Assembly: GCA_039799905.1 (NCBI GenBank)
Contig: JBDLRP010000052.1
Location: 1-45,941, forward strand
Length of the DNA: 45,941 bases
From: Pseudomonadota bacterium
GTDB lineage: Bacteria; Bdellovibrionota_B; Oligoflexia; Silvanigrellales; Silvanigrellaceae
Direction of reading: 5' to 3'
The position numbers were made by a program, and so were the translations under genes. Below are positions 19,161-28,437 of this stretch, piece after piece. How positions within the stretch are numbered: the stretch's first letter is position 1; each line of letters opens with the position of its first letter. A model generated the notes under the pieces. The model saw only the letters and a program-made list of their open reading frames with translations, made no database searches and was not told the origin of the DNA.

Positions 19161-19463
19161 ATGGCACTCAAACACATCGTCGCAAAGCAAATAAAAACGG
19201 TACGCCTGCAGATGGGCATGACGCAAGCCGAACTGGCTCGGCGCGCGGGCATCTCGATCCGCTACCTCTCCCGCCTTGAGACAGAACCACAAAATCTTTC
19301 ACTCGATGTCCTCGAGGAAATCGCAAAAGCGTTGAGATTGTCTCCCTCGGACCTTTTGACCCTGCAAAAAACCAAGCGGGCAGAGGACAATTCACCCGAG
19401 GCGCTCATCATGGAAGCACAGCGACTGCTGGATTTGGCGGGTCACTCACTCAAATCGAGATAA
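19161..19463 (+). CDS. XRE-family helix-turn-helix transcriptional regulator
   Basis: IKTVRLQMGMTQAELARRAGISIRYLSRLE...NLSLDVLEEIAKAL is an HTH_3 pattern. SD GGAG. Confidence 0.88.
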   Translation: MALKHIVAKQIKTVRLQMGMTQAELARRAGISIRYLSRLETEPQNLSLDVLEEIAKALRLSPSDLLTLQKTKRAEDNSPEALIMEAQRLLDLAGHSLKSR

Positions 19464-19477
19464 GCTCATCGCTTATC
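19459..19477. terminator. Hairpin between convergent genes (possible terminator)
   Basis: GATAAGC-TCATC-GCTTATC perfect 7-bp stem. No strong U tail. Confidence 0.35.
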
Positions 19478-19497
19478 CCCCTCCGAGTGATTTCATC

Positions 19498-19800
19498 CTA
19501 ATTGACCTCTGGGCGCAATTGCTGAGCCGAACGCTTCACGAGCACAACAGGCTCACCCTGTTCAACCGCGATTGCCAGTGAATCACCTTCCTGAAAAAGT
19601 TCATCGTTCAAAAACTGGTCGACAAAAAATGTAATCACCGCGTCAACTCGGCCGCGATAAGACGTCACACCGGCAACAGGTACGCGCCCGTCACCGTGCC
19701 AAAGCTCTCCGCGCGTCGCACTGAGTCCGCCTCTGATCTCGTGGCCTGCAAACGACTCATCCTTCAACCGCAGGGTAAAAAGCCTGTCAGCGTATTCCAT
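19498..19800 (-). CDS. Hypothetical protein (100 aa)
   Basis: ATG preceded by GGGAGAGG. Fills the gap between the XRE gene and rarA. No motif recognised. Confidence 0.6.
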   Translation of the reverse strand: MEYADRLFTLRLKDESFAGHEIRGGLSATRGELWHGDGRVPVAGVTSYRGRVDAVITFFVDQFLNDELFQEGDSLAIAVEQGEPVVLVKRSAQQLRPEVN

Positions 19801-19995
19801 TCAAGCCTCTCCCTCGTTCGTCTGGCAACCTCTTTCAGGATGTTCATAAACACTTGAAGTTTGGAATACCGAAATCTTTCAATTCCGTAAGAAATGCCGG
19901 AAGACAAACTTGCAATGTGCCCGCTGCTATGACAATGCAGCCCAATATCGGGTCACATAGATGGCTAAACTCGCTGCAATCGGAGAATATCTGTG

Positions 19996-21243
19996 ATGGT
20001 GCACCCCACCCCCCTGGCGGAATCACTCAGGCCAACACTCTCTCTGCTGGACCATCTGACAGGCCACGCCCGCCAGCTCTGGAATCGTGAACTCAAGCGC
20101 TGGCGCGAGGTGCAAAAAGCACACCTTATTTTTTGGGGCCCGCCCGGTTGCGGCAAAACGACTTTGGCGCTGCTTCTTTGCGAATCTCAGAAGGAATATT
20201 CCTACCGCCAGCTCTCAGCTGTGCGTGATGGCATCGGCGAAATTAAAAAGGCAATCGATGCGCTGCCGGAAGGCGGAATACTTTTTATTGACGAAATTCA
20301 CCGTCTCACGCGACCGCAACAGGACCTACTTCTGCCAACGCTCGAATCGGGCCGTTGCTGGCTGTTGGCTGCAACAACCGAAAACCCTGCCGCCGTGCTG
20401 AGCCCTGCGTTGCTCAGCCGTGTGAGGACACAGCGAGTCCATCCACCAAGCAACGATGAATTGGCCGCACTCTTAAACCATGCTCTTGACTTGCGCACCG
20501 CTGCACAAGACTCGCCGCGGGTGAACAGGCAAAACTGCAGGCCACTGAGCGAAGTTGTTCCAACGCTTGCGAGACGCACAAACGGTGATGTCAGATTGGC
20601 GCTCAATATTCTTGAAGGCCTCATACAATGCGAGGATACGCAGTCGCAGGACGACTTGTTGTCGGGCCAACTCTCTGCATGGACCGGCAAGAGCCACTAT
20701 GACTATGCGAGTGCAATGATAAAAAGCATGCGCGGCTCCGACCCTGACGCCGCACTCTTTTACGCGCATGCAGCTCTTGAATCCGGAGAAGACCCGCTCT
20801 TTCTTCTGCGCCGCTGCATCATTTTTGCCAGCGAGGACGTGGGTAATGCAGACCCAGCCGCGCTGCGAATTGCAGTCGATTGCGCCGATGCCTTTGAAAG
20901 GGTCGGCATGCCTGAGGGGCGATACGCGATCGCTCAGGCGGTTTGCTATCTGTCGTCCACAGTCAAAAGCAATCGTCTCCTGCGAGCGTTGCAAAATGTC
21001 GGACAATGGTGGTCGCAAAGCTCGGAAGTTCAATCCCTGCCTGCACCTCCAGCACACCTGATTATGCGGGGTCACGAAAAATACCGCTATCCGCACGATT
21101 TCCCACGCAGCTTTGTGCGTGAACAATACCTGCCCGATTCAATCGAAAAATTGCGCCGCTCCAGCGGCCCTGCATACTTACCATCCGAAGAAGGAGCCGA
21201 ATCTCGACTTCGCGAGCGGCTGGCTTCGTTGTGGAATAAATAA
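19996..21243 (+). CDS. rarA: Replication-associated recombination protein A (RarA/MgsA AAA+ ATPase)
   Basis: PLAESLRP, GPPGCGKTT, FIDEIHR, ATTENP, ALLSR, HYD..SAMIKSMRGSDPDAAL, ASEDVGNADP, YRYPHDF. Confidence 0.93.
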   Translation: MVHPTPLAESLRPTLSLLDHLTGHARQLWNRELKRWREVQKAHLIFWGPPGCGKTTLALLLCESQKEYSYRQLSAVRDGIGEIKKAIDALPEGGILFIDEIHRLTRPQQDLLLPTLESGRCWLLAATTENPAAVLSPALLSRVRTQRVHPPSNDELAALLNHALDLRTAAQDSPRVNRQNCRPLSEVVPTLARRTNGDVRLALNILEGLIQCEDTQSQDDLLSGQLSAWTGKSHYDYASAMIKSMRGSDPDAALFYAHAALESGEDPLFLLRRCIIFASEDVGNADPAALRIAVDCADAFERVGMPEGRYAIAQAVCYLSSTVKSNRLLRALQNVGQWWSQSSEVQSLPAPPAHLIMRGHEKYRYPHDFPRSFVREQYLPDSIEKLRRSSGPAYLPSEEGAESRLRERLASLWNK

Positions 21244-21273
21244 GCAAAAAAATCTGCCATTCACTTATTTCTG

Positions 21274-21306
21274 AGTCAAAGCAGCTGCCAGGCTTTGACT
21301 TTTTTT
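21274..21306 (+). terminator. Intrinsic terminator after rarA
   Basis: Stem AGTCAAAGC / GCTTTGACT followed by TTTTTT. Confidence 0.8.
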
Positions 21307-21365
21307 CTGTTTCACATTTTGATCAAAGTCAGTGCAGTCACCCAAATTCAACTGCGGAGGCCCGC

Positions 21366-22223
21366 TTGAAGTCCGTGCAAAGAAAAACACTTGTCGCGTG
21401 CGCTTCCCTCGCTTCATTTTTGTTCAGCCAATTCTCAACTGCTGCGGGTTTTAAGTCCAAAGAGCTGCTTTCGGTCGATGACGGCGTCAGCATTCCGCTG
21501 ACATGGCTCCGCCCGACAAAGTCAGGTGAACAACCCAGAGCTTTGGTGATCATCCAGCATGGAATGATGCGAAACGCCGAGAAGATGATGGCGCTCGCCA
21601 ACGCACTGGTTGAAAAAAATCTTGAGGTGCTCTTGCCCGACCTCAAAGATTCGCAGCAAACCGACCCGCTTTTTCCGGAAGTGTTCGTCAACGCCTTCGA
21701 AAAAAAACACGCAGATTCCCAAAGTCACACTCTGCCAAGCAAAATTCTCATGGCCGGCTTCTCCGCAGGGGCACGCTTTTTGACTCACGTTGCTGGACTT
21801 CTCTATCAAAGGCAGCGCGACATTCGCGGAGTTCTGATGCTTGACCCGGTAGTCGGCGAACTTCCCGAACAACAGCTCGGACCTCGTTTGCCCCTCCCTT
21901 ATTTTGCTATTCTCGCAAAACCAAGCCGTTGCAATGCGGACGGAAGTGCATTCCCACTTTTTGAATCCGGCCGTTTTGAAGCTCAGGGGTTTCGTCTTAA
22001 AACCGCAAGTCATTGCGATTTTGAAGGGCGTTCGTCCGATGCTCTTTGCTACATGTACTGCGGCTCATCCTCACGCAAAAATGCCGAAGCCGTGCAACTC
22101 TTTGCAACCGAGTGGATTTCGGGTCTCGTAGACTCGGCAACTCCTCACACGGATTACCTCCCCGGAGGAAAGGTCTTCACACAATGGCAGCAGCAAGGGA
22201 TGTTTGACTCGGTTTTCAGATAA
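21366..22223 (+). CDS. Secreted alpha/beta hydrolase
   Basis: Signal peptide, oxyanion QHG, nucleophile GFSAG, LDPV, SHCDF. TTG start after GGAGG. Confidence 0.8.
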   Translation: MKSVQRKTLVACASLASFLFSQFSTAAGFKSKELLSVDDGVSIPLTWLRPTKSGEQPRALVIIQHGMMRNAEKMMALANALVEKNLEVLLPDLKDSQQTDPLFPEVFVNAFEKKHADSQSHTLPSKILMAGFSAGARFLTHVAGLLYQRQRDIRGVLMLDPVVGELPEQQLGPRLPLPYFAILAKPSRCNADGSAFPLFESGRFEAQGFRLKTASHCDFEGRSSDALCYMYCGSSSRKNAEAVQLFATEWISGLVDSATPHTDYLPGGKVFTQWQQQGMFDSVFR

Positions 22224-22226
22224 CCT

Positions 22227-23018
22227 TCACAGGCCGTCCTCGGGGTACCGATGGAAGGGCCCGGAATAAAGCTTCTTCAACAAAGATGAATTGTCGATCC
22301 GCTTGGAACGAGGGGAAGGGCAATCTTCGCTGAAACGGGCCAGTTCTTTTTCAATGAGCCCTGCTTCCAACAACTGTTCCGCGAGCTCGCTCCAGCGCCG
22401 ATGTCGTCCGTCACTGGCGTTGATGCGGATGTTTTCAAGTGGATTTTCAAGCCAGCATCCAATGATTTTTACAATATCCGAAACATGAATGAAGTTGATG
22501 TACTGATGTCTGTTTTTCACCAGACCTCGCTTGAGCCACTGCACCGGGTCACGCCCTTGCCCGTAAATTCCGGCAAGTACCAGCACGCAGGCCCCCTGTT
22601 CGAGTAATTGTGCTTCTGCACAAACCCGCGCTTGCGACAGATCGAGCGGAAAGTTTTCATCCACAAGCTGATCAGGCAACGACGTTTGATAGCATGAGGT
22701 GCTTGCCAAAATGAGCAGCGGAATCCCCCGTTCACGAATCTGCCGACATAGTTCAAGCGACTCATGAAGATCTTCAAATGAAACTGCAGCGGGAAAAGTC
22801 CAGACGACATACTCCGCGCAATCAATGAGACTCCACGAGTCGCTGAATTGCAAAGCAAAATAAAGCGCATCCTGGGGAGTTCCCTCTCCACCCGATCGAC
22901 CAGAACGACTGGTCAGCAAGATCTCGTACTTCGCCGACAAGCCTGCAAAAACGGCCTTTCCGACATATCCGGCACCGAGGACCAAGACACGTTTTCTTAT
23001 CCCGCGGAGTTCTGGCAT
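22227..23018 (-). CDS. Atypical SDR / NAD(P)-dependent epimerase family protein (YeeZ-like)
   Basis: Rossmann motif VLVLGAGYVG, ASTSCY, LAGIYG, NFIHVSDI, KRIDN. Start set at ATG 23018 because the ORF-track extension overlaps the Csp gene. Confidence 0.8.
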   Translation of the reverse strand: MPELRGIRKRVLVLGAGYVGKAVFAGLSAKYEILLTSRSGRSGGEGTPQDALYFALQFSDSWSLIDCAEYVVWTFPAAVSFEDLHESLELCRQIRERGIPLLILASTSCYQTSLPDQLVDENFPLDLSQARVCAEAQLLEQGACVLVLAGIYGQGRDPVQWLKRGLVKNRHQYINFIHVSDIVKIIGCWLENPLENIRINASDGRHRRWSELAEQLLEAGLIEKELARFSEDCPSPRSKRIDNSSLLKKLYSGPFHRYPEDGL

Positions 23019-23063
23019 GATACAGGCCTCGCAGTTTTCTGGATGATCACGGAGGATATTTTC

Positions 23064-23576
23064 ATGGAACGCAGAGACACCCTCAAAATTCTCGCGGCAA
23101 CAACCGGTGCGATTCTCGCTTCCCGAGATTCTCTCGCTTTTGCCAAGGAAAAGAAAGAAACGGACCACAAAAAACATCACGGTCATCATGGACATCATAC
23201 GAAAACTGCGGAAAAGACGGATGGCAAAAAAGAGCCCGGCAAGTTGTCGTTCGGGGATCTCAATCATGCTGCCGCACATTGCAACCACGTCGCACAAATG
23301 TGCGCGGGTCATTGCCTCGAGCTCATCAAAGACGGGCAAAAGTCGATGGTCGAATGTCTGCAGGCGGCACTTGAAGTTCAGGCCATGTCTGCCGCGTTGA
23401 GTGATTTGGCAGGGCTGCGTTCAGACCTCTGCGCGGCGCAGGCAAAGGCCTGCATCTTGGCGTGCGAAAAATGCATGAAAGCGTGCGAGCCGCATGTCGG
23501 TCATCACGAACAATGCAAAGAGTGCTTTGAAGCCTGCAAAAGCTGCATGGAAACATGCAAGTCCTTTGCTGTTTAA
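23064..23576 (+). CDS. Tat-exported four-helix-bundle copper storage protein (Csp1-like)
   Basis: SD GGAGG, twin-arginine MERRDTLK, His-rich linker, 14 Cys mostly in CxxC/CxxxC helical spacing. Confidence 0.85.
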   Translation: MERRDTLKILAATTGAILASRDSLAFAKEKKETDHKKHHGHHGHHTKTAEKTDGKKEPGKLSFGDLNHAAAHCNHVAQMCAGHCLELIKDGQKSMVECLQAALEVQAMSAALSDLAGLRSDLCAAQAKACILACEKCMKACEPHVGHHEQCKECFEACKSCMETCKSFAV

Positions 23577-23646
23577 CAAGGCCAGCGACTCCGGCTGTGC
23601 GTCGGCACGTAACTGGACAGCCCACTGAACTCACGGGACATCACTC

Positions 23647-24303
23647 ATGGAACACGCAATCAACGAGATTCTACAATCAGTCTCGCACTCCCCGTGGCTC
23701 ATTTTCTCCTTGTTGTTTTTGATCATGTACGCCAGCAGTTTCGGCCTCCCGTTGCCTGAGGAGGTCACGCTTCTCACGCTTGGATTTCTCGTCTTCATTT
23801 CAAACAGTCCCGACCCTGAAACCGGTATCATTCGTGACAATCAGCTCAACATTCACGTTGCCGCATGGCTCGCATTCGTTGCGGTTTTTTCCAGTGACTT
23901 TCTCGTTTACTCGTTGGGACGAAAGTTCGGCTCGAGGATACTCGCGCTGCCACTGCTCAACAAACTTGCCCAACCGACGCTGATGAGCAAAGTTGAACAA
24001 TGGATGCAGCGCTGGGGATTCTGGGCTGCGGGCGTGTTCCGTTTCACCCCCGGAGTGCGTTTTCTGGGACACCTGAGTTGCGGGATACTCAAAGTTCCTG
24101 CGCATAAATTCATTCTCGTCGACGGATTTGCGGCATTGGTGAGTGTGCCCACTCAAATCTATCTTGTGGGTTGGTACGGCAAGGACATCGTCAACCTTAT
24201 CAAAAAATACCAGCCGTGGGTGATAGCACTGTTTTTGCTAGCTGTATTGCTGCATTATCGCAAAGAAATCGGAAAATTACTAAAACTGCGCAGTAATCCC
24301 TAA
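23647..24303 (+). CDS. DedA family membrane protein
   Basis: GLPLPEEVTL, SDFLVYSLGR, FRFTPGVR and a hydrophobic profile. Confidence 0.9.
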   Translation: MEHAINEILQSVSHSPWLIFSLLFLIMYASSFGLPLPEEVTLLTLGFLVFISNSPDPETGIIRDNQLNIHVAAWLAFVAVFSSDFLVYSLGRKFGSRILALPLLNKLAQPTLMSKVEQWMQRWGFWAAGVFRFTPGVRFLGHLSCGILKVPAHKFILVDGFAALVSVPTQIYLVGWYGKDIVNLIKKYQPWVIALFLLAVLLHYRKEIGKLLKLRSNP

Positions 24304-25631
24304 ACTTGTGCTGACGTGCCAACCATTTTTTCGACTTCGGAGACCTTTTTTACGCAACTTGTAAAATTGTGAAACCCAGACGCTGTTACAAGGATGTTGT
24401 CTTCAATCCGCACTCCGATTCCATGCCAACGGCTGTCTACATCAGCATGATTCGGCTGAATGTATATTCCCGGCTCGACAGTCAGGCACATACCGCTTTC
24501 AAGCACACGCTCGACGTTCTTAATGCGATAGCGACCGACATCGTGCACATCGAGCCCCAAAAAATGTCCAAGCCGGTGCGGAAAAAACTCTTTGACCCGC
24601 TTCTTTTCCATTGCCTCTTCTTTTGAGCATTTGATGATTCCAAGATCAATCAACCCTTCGGTCAGGATCTCAGCCGCAAAATCATTGAGCTCCGAAAGAC
24701 GCACTCCGGCTTTGATTTTTTCAATCGAGCGAATCTGGGAGTCGAGTACAAGTTCATAAATCGCCTTTTGCTCTCCCGAAAAAGATCCACTCACTGGCCA
24801 GGTGCGGGTGATGTCGGCAGTGTAGAAATTTGCTTCACAACCCGCGTCAATCAAAAGCAGCTCAGAATTCTCCAAGCGGCAAGTGTTGATGTTGTAATGA
24901 AGGCAACACGCATTCGCTCCGCTGGCTACAATGCTTGGATATCCGAGCTGCGTTGAGCCCTGCATCTGCATGTGCATTTCAAGTGCGGCCTGCACCTGAT
25001 ACTCGTACATGCCGGCGCGGGTCACCTGCATTGCCCGTTCATGGGCACGCGATGCGATGTCGTTCGCCCTCTGCAGGCATTCAATTTCAAAATCATCCTT
25101 GAACAGACGCAGTTCGTGTATGGCATCACGGACGTTAAGTATTTCGCATCCCTCGCGACGCAGGCGGCTGCCCTGTAGCAAAGGCTGGAGGCGCTCATAG
25201 AATTCAAGCTCGGGTGACGCATCCCAGTAGATTCCGTCAGCATGATTCAATAAAGCCGGAATATGTTTTTCCAGCTCGGAAATTGGGAGTGTCAGATCGA
25301 AGCCAAGTTGTTCACGTCCACCTTCCAAACCTAGCATAGGCCCATTCCAAAGCTCAGTATGGGCATCCCGTTCGCGCAGGAAGAGCACGGTTTTGTGCTG
25401 CGGGTGCTCGGGTATGAACACAGCCAGTGAATCTGTCTCACGACATCCGGTCAGATAGAGGAAATCGGAATCCTGCCTAAAGGCGGCGCGATAGCCGGCT
25501 GGTCCGGAGTTTGGTTTGGCCGAGGGTAAAAAAGCAATCGACTGCCCAATCGATCTCATGAACTGCTGGCGTCGCTTGATGAGAACGTCTTTTTCTCTTT
25601 CAGAAATGAATTCACGACTTTCAAGCTTCAA
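24300..25631 (-). CDS. pepP: Xaa-Pro aminopeptidase
   Basis: FRQDSDFLYLTG, LHY, LIDAG, ADITRT, HRLGHFLGLDVHD, TVEPGIY, GVRIED. Confidence 0.93.
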   Translation of the reverse strand: MKLESREFISEREKDVLIKRRQQFMRSIGQSIAFLPSAKPNSGPAGYRAAFRQDSDFLYLTGCRETDSLAVFIPEHPQHKTVLFLRERDAHTELWNGPMLGLEGGREQLGFDLTLPISELEKHIPALLNHADGIYWDASPELEFYERLQPLLQGSRLRREGCEILNVRDAIHELRLFKDDFEIECLQRANDIASRAHERAMQVTRAGMYEYQVQAALEMHMQMQGSTQLGYPSIVASGANACCLHYNINTCRLENSELLLIDAGCEANFYTADITRTWPVSGSFSGEQKAIYELVLDSQIRSIEKIKAGVRLSELNDFAAEILTEGLIDLGIIKCSKEEAMEKKRVKEFFPHRLGHFLGLDVHDVGRYRIKNVERVLESGMCLTVEPGIYIQPNHADVDSRWHGIGVRIEDNILVTASGFHNFTSCVKKVSEVEKMVGTSAQV

Positions 25632-25703
25632 CGCACACCCCCAAAAAACAATCAGCGATTGCCAAAGAGGGTGTTAGCAAAGTTTAAATGAGCGGCAAAG
25701 CGA

Positions 25704-26441
25704 TTAAGGGGCGACTGCAGACGATTTGGCAGGCTCGGTTGCAGGACGCTGCCCCTGCACACCTTGTTTTGCAGCAGGAAGGGTGTCGTCTGCCGGTGAT
25801 TCTGCATCTTCAGCTTCGATGGGCGGCACCGCGCCCGCCGATGCCTCGTTAGTTTTCGTTGGCGACGGCTTGGAGTATCGGCCCTGCATCAAAGGAGCAT
25901 CTGTGCCGACACGCGGTTTACCCACTTTTGGTATGTCGTTGGGCAGCAGCGGCCGATAGTGCATGGATTCTTGAACTTCGTACTGTGGCGCACTGATGTG
26001 AAGATTTCCGTTGGCATCAATTCTCACACTGACACCGTCCAGCTGCTGGTCGCGCACCGAGCTGATATTTTTTCCGTTCAGATAGATCATACGAGCAGGA
26101 AAATCTGTGGTGAGATCGCCCAGCGGTGACTTTGTTCTGCGACCGACTGCAACCGGATATGAATCGCTCACAGACGGCTGATATCCGACGCCCTGTGAGT
26201 TGGCCGCCATACGAGTACCGCGAGTCGGCAACGGTATGCCGTTGACTCTGTTCATTGGTTTTTGTCCACCGATACCCAAGAAACCGCCGCGGCCGTTGTT
26301 CAACGACTCAGTGCTTTCGGATTGTTGCGCGCTTCTGGGTGAGTCATCCGCAGTCGAACCCGTCTGCATGTCCTGTGCGAAAATCACCTCAGGCAATAAA
26401 ATGCCAAAAGCCGTAATCACAGACAAAATGTGTTTCAACAT
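25704..26441 (-). CDS. Hypothetical secreted protein
   Basis: Signal peptide (MLKHILSV...IFA) after GGGGG SD. Short beta-rich core IYLNGKNIS...VRIDANGNLHISAPQY flanked by low-complexity sequence. Confidence 0.65.
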   Translation of the reverse strand: MLKHILSVITAFGILLPEVIFAQDMQTGSTADDSPRSAQQSESTESLNNGRGGFLGIGGQKPMNRVNGIPLPTRGTRMAANSQGVGYQPSVSDSYPVAVGRRTKSPLGDLTTDFPARMIYLNGKNISSVRDQQLDGVSVRIDANGNLHISAPQYEVQESMHYRPLLPNDIPKVGKPRVGTDAPLMQGRYSKPSPTKTNEASAGAVPPIEAEDAESPADDTLPAAKQGVQGQRPATEPAKSSAVAP

Positions 26442-26487
26442 GGGCACCCCCAGACGATATTTTTTTGATGATAGCCCGAAGATAGCG

Positions 26488-27609
26488 TTAAATGTGCTGC
26501 ACTTTTTGCAGCACCAGTTCGCCAATGCGAGGTGCGAAAAGAAAACCGCTTTTGTGGGCGCCGGCAGCAACAGTCAAAGACTTTATCCGGGTTGAATAAA
26601 AACTGGCAGGAACGGCAAGCGACTCAATCAGCAGTTCCGAGTGGCCAAAGCCAAGTCGCAAGCCCCAACGGTACTGATGTCTGAACTCCTCGGGATAAAA
26701 AGAAAATGTTTCAAAAACAAGTTCACGCAACTGCTTTTGTTGCAGTTCAATCATTGCCCTCTTTGCATCATCGGGTTGATGCGCAAAGCCTTTGTCGGCA
26801 CATTTTACCGAGATCGATGAGCAGAAAAGCCGGCCTGCGAATCCGCTGAACGCTAGTTTTGTGAGAACGCCTTGCGCTGGAACAACTTCAAGAATGGAAA
26901 CTCCCGCGGGCATCGACCAATTCGGATTTTCAATCTCAAGCGTTGCCCCCATGCTCCAACGCCTGCTTTTGCGAAAAAGTTCGCCCTCGTGTTGAACTCC
27001 CCAGACTGAAAGGATTTGTGGAGTGGTGGCTCCAGCCGCAAGGACAAGTCTATCCACATCCTTCACCGCGGATAAAAAATCGCTCTCCCGCATCGCATCG
27101 CATTCTGAAAAACTAACTCCCCGCCTGCGACAGACGCGTTCCAGCAAATCAAGAAGACGACCGGCATGAACCCACGCCTCGCCGTCATACTCAAGTGCAC
27201 ATCCGAATGGGCGAGAAATGCTCTGCAACGGCAAAGCGCGCGCGGCGAGCTGCTCGGGCGGCTGTAGAACACGCCTAAATTGCGCTGCGCAAGCGGCTTC
27301 ATCGGCGAACAAATCGCGCCCCAATCCAGCAACGTAAAGGCCGGAAAGTTCTTCTGGCTCAGCGGCGCCGTCTTCCCGACGCAATTCAGACAGCCACTGC
27401 TGGTAGTTATTTTTTCCCTGCAACTTGAGCGCAAAGTGCGGATCGCGTGCAAACATCTGCGCTTTTGTCGCCAGATTCGCAGCAGCGGCAGATGAAGCGC
27501 GGCCGTGATTTTCAGAGCTGAAAACAGCGACCTGAACCTTATCTGTGCGTGACAGATACTCCGCGATGCTGAGGCCGAGTATTCCTTTTCCGACGACTGC
27601 TATCCGCAT
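26488..27609 (-). CDS. FAD-dependent oxidoreductase (DAO/glycine oxidase-like)
   Basis: IAVVGKGILG, ASSAAAANL, VLAAGA, WGLR, AAGAHKSGFLFAP. Confidence 0.8.
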   Translation of the reverse strand: MRIAVVGKGILGLSIAEYLSRTDKVQVAVFSSENHGRASSAAAANLATKAQMFARDPHFALKLQGKNNYQQWLSELRREDGAAEPEELSGLYVAGLGRDLFADEAACAAQFRRVLQPPEQLAARALPLQSISRPFGCALEYDGEAWVHAGRLLDLLERVCRRRGVSFSECDAMRESDFLSAVKDVDRLVLAAGATTPQILSVWGVQHEGELFRKSRRWSMGATLEIENPNWSMPAGVSILEVVPAQGVLTKLAFSGFAGRLFCSSISVKCADKGFAHQPDDAKRAMIELQQKQLRELVFETFSFYPEEFRHQYRWGLRLGFGHSELLIESLAVPASFYSTRIKSLTVAAGAHKSGFLFAPRIGELVLQKVQHI

Positions 27610-27618
27610 TTCAAACGG

Positions 27619-28437
27619 TCACCTGTCAGCAAATTTGAATTTATCGGCGCGTTCCGAAGATGAATCGAGCCATTCGCGGACGACAGTTCCCTGTTCGCTC
27701 ATACAGAGAAAGCTTGGCCTCGAGAACCATGCAGGGCCGCTTAAGAAATGGACATTCTGAAGACTGTCGTCGAGGTCGACGTGGATGTGGCCAAACACAC
27801 AAACATCTGGACGCAATGAGTGAACAGCCTGCATTTCGGTGATAAATTGCTCAGCGCAGACAGTCAGGAATGTGCTGTCCAGAGGACGATAATCATCTTT
27901 TGCGCGTGAGATTTTTGCGTAACGCGAAAACAATGCAGAAGTGACAGCACCGGGAACCGGTGAGAGAACAGACTGAAAAGTGCGAGATTTGACGAGCGAT
28001 CGGAAAGCCCGATACGAGGGTGGACAGACGACATCATCAGAATGCAGAAGAACAATCTCACCCAGTGCGGGATGTTTGGTACGAAGAATGACATCGCCAC
28101 AATCGAAGAAACAATCCTTCACGTCTTTGCAGGGCGAATGCTCAAATCCATAATCATGGTTGCCTTCAACAAACACGACCCGCACACCGCGTTCATTCAA
28201 CACACGGATCCGTGTCAAAACGTCCTTCCAAAGGCGATAGTAAAAAACCTGTCGCGCGTTGAAAAAATCGAAGATATCTCCCAGCAGGACCAGCGTGTCA
28301 CATGCGACATCACTCCCAACTCTGTCGAGAAACTTACAAAAGAGACGGCTTCGTTCGTCGTCCGGCGTGCGCATATGAACATCCGACACGACAATCAGGT
28401 TTTCTGATTCGCCCAGGTCGAGCAACTTGGATGGCAT
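27619..28437 (-). CDS. lpxH: UDP-2,3-diacylglucosamine hydrolase-like metallophosphoesterase (LpxH family)
   Basis: SDVH, LGDIFD, GNHD, LHSD (canonical HGD), GHIH, and YRAFR/SR cap motifs. Confidence 0.7.
   Translation of the reverse strand: MPSKLLDLGESENLIVVSDVHMRTPDDERSRLFCKFLDRVGSDVACDTLVLLGDIFDFFNARQVFYYRLWKDVLTRIRVLNERGVRVVFVEGNHDYGFEHSPCKDVKDCFFDCGDVILRTKHPALGEIVLLHSDDVVCPPSYRAFRSLVKSRTFQSVLSPVPGAVTSALFSRYAKISRAKDDYRPLDSTFLTVCAEQFITEMQAVHSLRPDVCVFGHIHVDLDDSLQNVHFLSGPAWFSRPSFLCMSEQGTVVREWLDSSSERADKFKFADR

Noticed and set aside
18883..21243. Prophage or genomic island integrated at tRNA-Gly
   Set aside because: No integrase or phage genes, and I saw no duplicated tRNA 3' end. The core gene rarA resumes about 1 kb later.
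22848..23339. Long overlapping opposite-strand ORFs 22227..23339 and 22848..23576
   Set aside because: Both are over-extended. Starts at 23018 (minus, just before the Rossmann motif) and 23064 (plus, SD and Tat signal) remove the overlap.
27050..27058. Isolated DnaA-box-like CTATCCACA
   Set aside because: Single one-mismatch site inside a CDS, expected by chance.
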